Shown here one piece after another: positions 59,028-64,000 of a stretch of DNA of 64,000 nt (its first letter is position 1; the number at the start of each line of letters is the position of its first letter). The translations under genes and the position numbers were made by a program. The notes under the pieces were generated by a model. It saw nothing but the letters and a program-made list of their open reading frames with translations, was not told where the DNA came from and searched no databases. The stretch comes from Anaeromyxobacter sp. (GTDB taxonomy: Bacteria; Myxococcota; Myxococcia; Myxococcales; Anaeromyxobacteraceae): positions 160,001 through 224,000 of the forward strand of contig JASGJN010000004.1 of the NCBI GenBank assembly GCA_049840735.1, given 5' to 3'.

Positions 59028-60164
59028 GTGCCCCGCTCCCAGCCCGTTCGCGCCGCCCCGGCCGCCGCTCCGACCTCCGCCGTGCTGCCCGCCGTCCTGC
59101 TCCTGCTGGCCGGGGTGGGCCTGGCCATCGCCGTCCGGCTCACCGTGCTGCACTGGCAGGCCCACTCCGGCCTGACCAGCGGCTGCGCCATCTCCGAGCG
59201 CGTGAACTGCGACACGGTGGCGCTGAGCAGCTGGTCGGTGCTGCTGGGCGTGCCGCTGGCCGCCTGGGGCGCCCTCGCCTACCTGGCGGTGGGCTTCCTG
59301 GCGGCGCTGGGCCTGCGCCGCGATCGCCCCGGCCCCGGCTTCCCCGGCGGCCTGCTGGTGCTGGTCACCGGGTTCATGACCGCGGTGGCCGTGGCCCTGG
59401 CCTTCATCTCCGAGCTGATCATCAAGTCGCTGTGCCTCTACTGCCTGGCCTCCTGGATCACCTCGCTGCTGCTGCTGGTGGGGGCCATCGTGCTGGCGCG
59501 CCGCGCCGGCGGCGTGGGCGCGGCGCTGCGCTCCGACCTCGGGCAGCTGCGGGCCCGCCCCGCCCCGTTCGCCGCCGCCGCCGCGGCGCTGCTGGCGCTG
59601 GCCGTGGCGCTGCTGGTCGGCTACCGGCTGGCCCCGCCGCCCGACCTGGTGGCGAAGCAGCCCGCCAGCGGCAGCCCCGCGCACAAGCCGGCCGCGCCCG
59701 GCTCGCAGGTGGTCTACGAGTTCAGCGACTACCAGTGCCCCTGGTGCGCGCGCATGCACATGCAGCTGAAGCCGCTGCTGGCCCGGCGCCCCGACATCCG
59801 GATGGTGCGGCGCCACTACCCGCTCGACAACACCTGCAACCCGCTGCTCTCGCGTCAGCTGCACGAGGGCTCCTGCGACATGGCCCGCGCCGCCATCTGC
59901 GCCGAGGCCAGCAACCGGTTCGAGGCGCTGGACGACCTGCTGTTCGGGAACCTGGAGGCCAAGGTGCCGCTGGACGTGCTGCTGCAGCGGGCCGGCCTGG
60001 ACGTGGCCGCCACCCGCGCCTGCATGGCCTCCCCGGCCACCGAGCAGCGGCTCAAGGCCGACATCGCCGACGGCACCGCCGCCGGCGTGCGCTCCACGCC
60101 CTCGTACGCCCATCAGGGCCGGCTCTACGGCGGCGAGCTGCCGCCAGTGTTCGCGGAGCAGTAG
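59028..60164 (+). CDS. VKOR-DsbA/thioredoxin fusion
   Basis: CAISERVNC and LCLYC (VKOR); EFSDYQCPWC, HYPLD and GVRSTP (DsbA). Confidence 0.9.
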   Translation: MPRSQPVRAAPAAAPTSAVLPAVLLLLAGVGLAIAVRLTVLHWQAHSGLTSGCAISERVNCDTVALSSWSVLLGVPLAAWGALAYLAVGFLAALGLRRDRPGPGFPGGLLVLVTGFMTAVAVALAFISELIIKSLCLYCLASWITSLLLLVGAIVLARRAGGVGAALRSDLGQLRARPAPFAAAAAALLALAVALLVGYRLAPPPDLVAKQPASGSPAHKPAAPGSQVVYEFSDYQCPWCARMHMQLKPLLARRPDIRMVRRHYPLDNTCNPLLSRQLHEGSCDMARAAICAEASNRFEALDDLLFGNLEAKVPLDVLLQRAGLDVAATRACMASPATEQRLKADIADGTAAGVRSTPSYAHQGRLYGGELPPVFAEQ

Positions 60165-60465
60165 GCGCCGGGGGGCCGGGAGCTCAGGCCCCGCCGCACT
60201 TGATTCGGGCGGATGTTGTCACGGCGCCGCTGGCGCCCCGCGCCCACGGGCACGCCCCCGCCCTCGCCTCCCCCCAAGGGCGCACGCGCTGAAGCATGTG
60301 ACCGACAGTGAACCAGAAGGACTGTGCGCGCGCAGCTGCGTCCCGCCCCAGCCCCGCGCCCCCCCCGGCACCCCGTCCCTAGCCCTTCAGTCCATCACCT
60401 CAGCACCGCACCGCCCACGGCGCGGGGGCAGGGCCCCCCGCGCTCCGTCCCGCCGGCAGCCCCCT

Positions 60466-60536
60466 CCGCCCCGCGGTTCGACAAGCTCACCGCGAACGGA
60501 CCCCGCCCCGCGGTTCGACAAGCTCACCGCGAACGG
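60466..60536 (+). repeat. Two direct copies of a short REP
   Basis: CCGCCCCGCGGTTCGACAAGCTCACCGCGAACGG twice. Confidence 0.85.
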
Positions 60537-61135
60537 GAGCCCTGCTGCTTCACGAAGTCGTCGATCTCCGCGAGCACCCCCGCGTCCACCTCCTCCTGCG
60601 TCCGCCCCGCCGCCTGCAGCGCCCGCACGCCGACCCTGAGCGAGTGGTCCCCGCCCTCCACCACGTGCAGCGCGCTCTCCGCCTGCATCCGCTTCCGCAC
60701 CGCGGTCAGCAAGTCCAGCGGACAGAGCGCATCCCGCGTCCCCTGCACGAACAGCACCGGCACGCCGAGCCCCAGCAGCACCTCGTCCCGCAGCTTTCCG
60801 CTCGGGCTCCGCAGCGGATACCCCAGGCACACCAGCGCCGCCGGCCGCGGCTCCAGCTCCAGCGCCAGGTGGCACCCCACCCGCCCGCCCATCGACTTCC
60901 CCACCAGCACCACCTGCCGCCGGCCGGGGCGCGCCGCCTCCAGCGCCGCGCGGTGCGCCTCCACCAGCACCGGCAGCGGGTCCGGCCGCCGCCGTCCCGA
61001 GCGCATGTACGGATAGTCGAAGCGGACCACCTCGCCCAGCCCGGCCAGCCGCGCCGCCCAGGCCGACATCCAGGCCGAGCCGGAGGGCGCGCCGGCGCCG
61101 GGGGCGAACAGGATCAGCGGCGCGCGCGCGGTCAC
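60524..61135 (-). CDS. Alpha/beta hydrolase
   Basis: APGAG, GKSMGG, CLGYP, QGTRD and GGDHS. Confidence 0.88.
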   Translation of the reverse strand: MTARAPLILFAPGAGAPSGSAWMSAWAARLAGLGEVVRFDYPYMRSGRRRPDPLPVLVEAHRAALEAARPGRRQVVLVGKSMGGRVGCHLALELEPRPAALVCLGYPLRSPSGKLRDEVLLGLGVPVLFVQGTRDALCPLDLLTAVRKRMQAESALHVVEGGDHSLRVGVRALQAAGRTQEEVDAGVLAEIDDFVKQQGSRSR

Positions 61136-61980
61136 GGCAGCGCGAGCGGGAGCTGCGTCTTGCGCGGATCGAGCCCGGTCAGGATGGCGGCGCCGTGCGG
61201 GCCCGCCCGGGTGCAGGCCTCGCGCAGCGGCAGCCCCGCCGCCAGGTAGAAGACCGTGGCCGCGGCGAAGCTGTCGCCGCAGCCGTAGGCGGCGCCGGTG
61301 ATGCGCGGCGGGGGCGGCGCCGGGAAGCGCTCCGCCCCGGCCGCGGTGGCGATCACCCCACCGCGCGCGCCCTCGGTCAGCACCACCGCCCCGGGCCGCA
61401 CCGCGTACTCGGCCAGCGCCCAGGCCTCGCGCGGATCGTGGGCGCTGCCCAGCACCAGGTCGGCCCGCACGCCGGAGGCGGTGAGCGCGTCGCGGCGGCG
61501 GGCGGTGAGCGCCAGCAGGCGGGCGGCGCGGCAGGCGCGGAGCACCGCCGGATCCTGCGCCGTGAAGTAGACCGCGTCGCAGGCCGCCAGGAGCTCCCAG
61601 GGCAGCGGGTCCTCGCGGCGCGGATGGAGCGGCTCGCCCACCACCAGGATGGTCCGCTCGCCGTCCGGGTTGACCAGCACCAGGTCGCGGGTGTGCGGCT
61701 CCTCGCGCCGGGCGGCGTGCACGATCACGCCCAGGTCGGCCAGCCCCGCCTCCACCTCGCGCCCGGCCTCGCCGGAGCCGATGGCGGTGAAGACGTGGAC
61801 CTCGGCCGGGCTCTTCGCGAGCTGCAGCAGGGCCACGCCACCGCCGCCGCCGGGGAAGCTGAACGGGTGCTCGAGGTGGGCGATGTCGCCGGGGGCCGGG
61901 GGCGCCGGGACGCGACCCAGCGTGATGTGCTCGACGTGGCCGACGACAGCCAGGCGCAGCGTGCGGTGCGCGGAGGGCAT
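61132..61980 (-). CDS. PfkB-family carbohydrate kinase
   Basis: PGGGG, DGERTI, TEGARG and GCGDSF. Confidence 0.85.
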   Translation of the reverse strand: MPSAHRTLRLAVVGHVEHITLGRVPAPPAPGDIAHLEHPFSFPGGGGGVALLQLAKSPAEVHVFTAIGSGEAGREVEAGLADLGVIVHAARREEPHTRDLVLVNPDGERTILVVGEPLHPRREDPLPWELLAACDAVYFTAQDPAVLRACRAARLLALTARRRDALTASGVRADLVLGSAHDPREAWALAEYAVRPGAVVLTEGARGGVIATAAGAERFPAPPPPRITGAAYGCGDSFAAATVFYLAAGLPLREACTRAGPHGAAILTGLDPRKTQLPLALP

Positions 61981-62019
61981 GGCCCAGGATCACGCCACCC
62001 CGGGCGCGGCGCAAGCAGA

Positions 62020-62433
62020 TCAGGCCGTCGCGCGCGGGGCGCCCTGGCTCGCGACCACCAGCCGATGGTCGGAGCCGGCGATGTGCCCCGCCAGCCCGGC
62101 GCGCAGCTCCATGGCGAAGGCCAGGGCCAGGTCGCCCTCCTCCCGGTCCAGCGCCCCCTCCACCTCGGCGATGGCCTGGAGGAGGGTGCGGTGCTCGCCG
62201 GCGTGCGCCTCCCGCTCCACGTAGCCGCCGGCCTCCATCAGCATCTCCTCGCTGCCGAAGTGCGCGCCGCTGTACGTGGCCAGCTGCGCAGCCAGCTTGC
62301 GGGCCAGCCAGGGCCGGCGCTGCTCGATGGCCTCGGACAGTGCGCTTACCAGCGCGATCTGCAGGTGGTGGTCGTGGTCCATGGCCTCATGGCCCAGGTC
62401 CAGCTTCTCGTTCCAGGTGTGCGCCTCGATCAT
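62020..62433 (-). CDS. Bacteriohemerythrin
   Basis: MDHDH, HFGSEE, HAGEH and HIAGSD. Confidence 0.85.
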   Translation of the reverse strand: MIEAHTWNEKLDLGHEAMDHDHHLQIALVSALSEAIEQRRPWLARKLAAQLATYSGAHFGSEEMLMEAGGYVEREAHAGEHRTLLQAIAEVEGALDREEGDLALAFAMELRAGLAGHIAGSDHRLVVASQGAPRATA

Positions 62434-62647
62434 CCGGATGCTCCTCCGCGCGGCCGGCTGTCTGCGCCAGCCAGCGCGCTCGACCGCCTCTTTCGTTCCC
62501 GGCGGCCCGCTCGGAGGCAAGGCCCGCAGGGGGCCTTTGCAGCGGATGGGGTTCGCACACGCCACCACCGGCTGCGCGCGGGTCGCACCACACCGGCACC
62601 GTCGAGGGCCTCGCGCCGCGCCGCGGCGCGCCCCCAGCTTCCCCGGA

Positions 62648-63346
62648 ATGGGACCGCTCCTCGCGGTGCAGTTCGCGCTGTGCGCGCTCTCCGCGACGGG
62701 ATGGGCGGCCCTGGCCGGCTGGCGCGCGCCGGGCGGCACGCGCCGGGCGCTGCTCCGCGGGCTGGCAGGTGGCGGCGCCGCCTTCGGCCTGGCGCTCGGC
62801 GCCTACGCGGCGCTCGAGGAGGCTGGCCTGGCCATCGCCTGGGAGCAGGTGCTCGCAGGCGGCTGGCCGGCCGCGCGGCTGGCGCTGTTGATCGGGCTGG
62901 TGGAGGAGGGAGCCAAGCTGTTCGGCATCGCCCTGGCCGTGGAGCGCGGGGGGCGGGGCGCGGCGATGCGGGCCACGGTGGGCGTGGCGGCCTCCTTCGC
63001 GGCGCTGGAGGCGGCGCTGGCCGCCGGCGGCGGCGCCACCGCGGCCGTGCTGGCCCGCGCGCTGCTGGCGCCGGTGGCGCACGCCCTCCTGGCCGCCCCG
63101 CTCGGCTTCGCGCTGTCCGCGCGCCCGGGGCGGACCCGCGCGCGAGCCCTGGCGCTGGCGCTGCCCGCGGCGGCGGTGCTCCACGCAGCCGGCGACCTGG
63201 CGCTCTCGCTCCCCGGCTACGGCCGGCTCGGCTACGCCGCGGCCCTGCTCGCCCCCGCTCTCTGGGCCTACCTCCACCTGCGCCGCCTGGCCCCGCGCCG
63301 GCTGGCCCTGGCGCCGCCGCTGGCTGGCCCTGCCCGCGGAACGTGA
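62648..63346 (+). CDS. PrsW-family intramembrane protease
   Basis: GLVEEGAK, FAALE, PVAH and LHAAGD; multiple TM segments. Confidence 0.8.
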   Translation: MGPLLAVQFALCALSATGWAALAGWRAPGGTRRALLRGLAGGGAAFGLALGAYAALEEAGLAIAWEQVLAGGWPAARLALLIGLVEEGAKLFGIALAVERGGRGAAMRATVGVAASFAALEAALAAGGGATAAVLARALLAPVAHALLAAPLGFALSARPGRTRARALALALPAAAVLHAAGDLALSLPGYGRLGYAAALLAPALWAYLHLRRLAPRRLALAPPLAGPARGT

Positions 63347-63418
63347 CGCCGGGCCCGGGACGTGACAGCGTCGCCTCCCCGCCGGCGGTACTCGCCGGCG
63401 CGTCCCAGGAGGAACGAC

Positions 63419-64000
63419 TTGGACACCGCCGCCATCTTCGACCTCAACGGCACCGTGGTGGACGACATGCCCGTGCACGCCGAGCTGTGGCGCGCGCTGG
63501 GGCTGTCGCTCGGCCGCGACGTCCCGGCCAGCGTCTTCCTGGTCGAGCTGGCCGGCGCCAACGACACCGTCGTGCTGACGCGGATCCTGGGCCGCCCGCC
63601 CACGCCGGAGGAGCTGGTGGAGCTCCCGGCGAGCAAGGAGCGGGCCTACCACGAGACCTACCGCCACCGTGTGGCGGAGGTGCCCGGCTGCCTGGCGCTG
63701 CTGCGCGAGCTGCGCGACGCCGGAGTGCCGCTGGCGCTGGCCACGCTGGCCCCGGCGCCGAACCGCGCGCTGGTCCTGGACGCGCTGCAGCTGCACGGCA
63801 CCTTCGACCGCATCGTGGGAGCCGAGCACGTCACCCGCGGCAAGCCCGCGCCGGACATCTTCCTGGCCGCCGCGGCCGGGCTGGGCGTGGCGCCGGAGCG
63901 GTGCGTGGTCTTCGAGGACGCGCTCAACGGCATCCGGGCGGCGCGCGCCGCAAACATGTACGCGGTGGGCGTGACCACCGCCGTGGACGGCCCGGCGCTG
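63419..64000 (+). CDS. HAD-family phosphatase (beta-PGM-like), partial at the window end
   Basis: TTG start after AGGAGG; IFDLNGT, GKPAPDIF and VFEDALNG. Confidence 0.88.
   Translation, partial: MDTAAIFDLNGTVVDDMPVHAELWRALGLSLGRDVPASVFLVELAGANDTVVLTRILGRPPTPEELVELPASKERAYHETYRHRVAEVPGCLALLRELRDAGVPLALATLAPAPNRALVLDALQLHGTFDRIVGAEHVTRGKPAPDIFLAAAAGLGVAPERCVVFEDALNGIRAARAANMYAVGVTTAVDGPAL

Overview
This is a very GC-rich window whose gene content points to an Anaeromyxobacter-like Myxococcota genome (inference). Bases ~340-10340 form an accessory island bracketed by a decayed ~70-bp direct repeat. The island holds a complete IS66, an RHS C-terminal toxin with a HExxHxxGxxH motif plus a lipoprotein immunity gene, and a truncated YD/IPT-TIG lipoprotein gene. 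It also holds an unusual 3.3-kb TGT...ACA element that encodes two different DDE transposases and an OrfA-like HTH protein, which is the best candidate here for an undescribed system. The rest is metabolic backbone: a sigma54-controlled OsmC/flavoprotein module, nrfHA (CxxCH-type NrfA), a glycerol cluster (glpR, glpD, ABC transporter), PII, and a GH13 amylase. It also includes a Gfo/TIM-barrel/sugar-ABC operon that shares a 21-bp operator with xylB-xylA-galM next to a ROK repressor, followed by ahpCD-oxyR, nikR, a VKOR-DsbA fusion, a hemerythrin, PrsW and a HAD hydrolase. Several REP/MITE-like repeat families are present; no tRNA, rRNA or CRISPR was seen. Almost all backbone frameshifts are one extra A turning GATC into GAATC, which points to a systematic sequencing artefact rather than pseudogenes.
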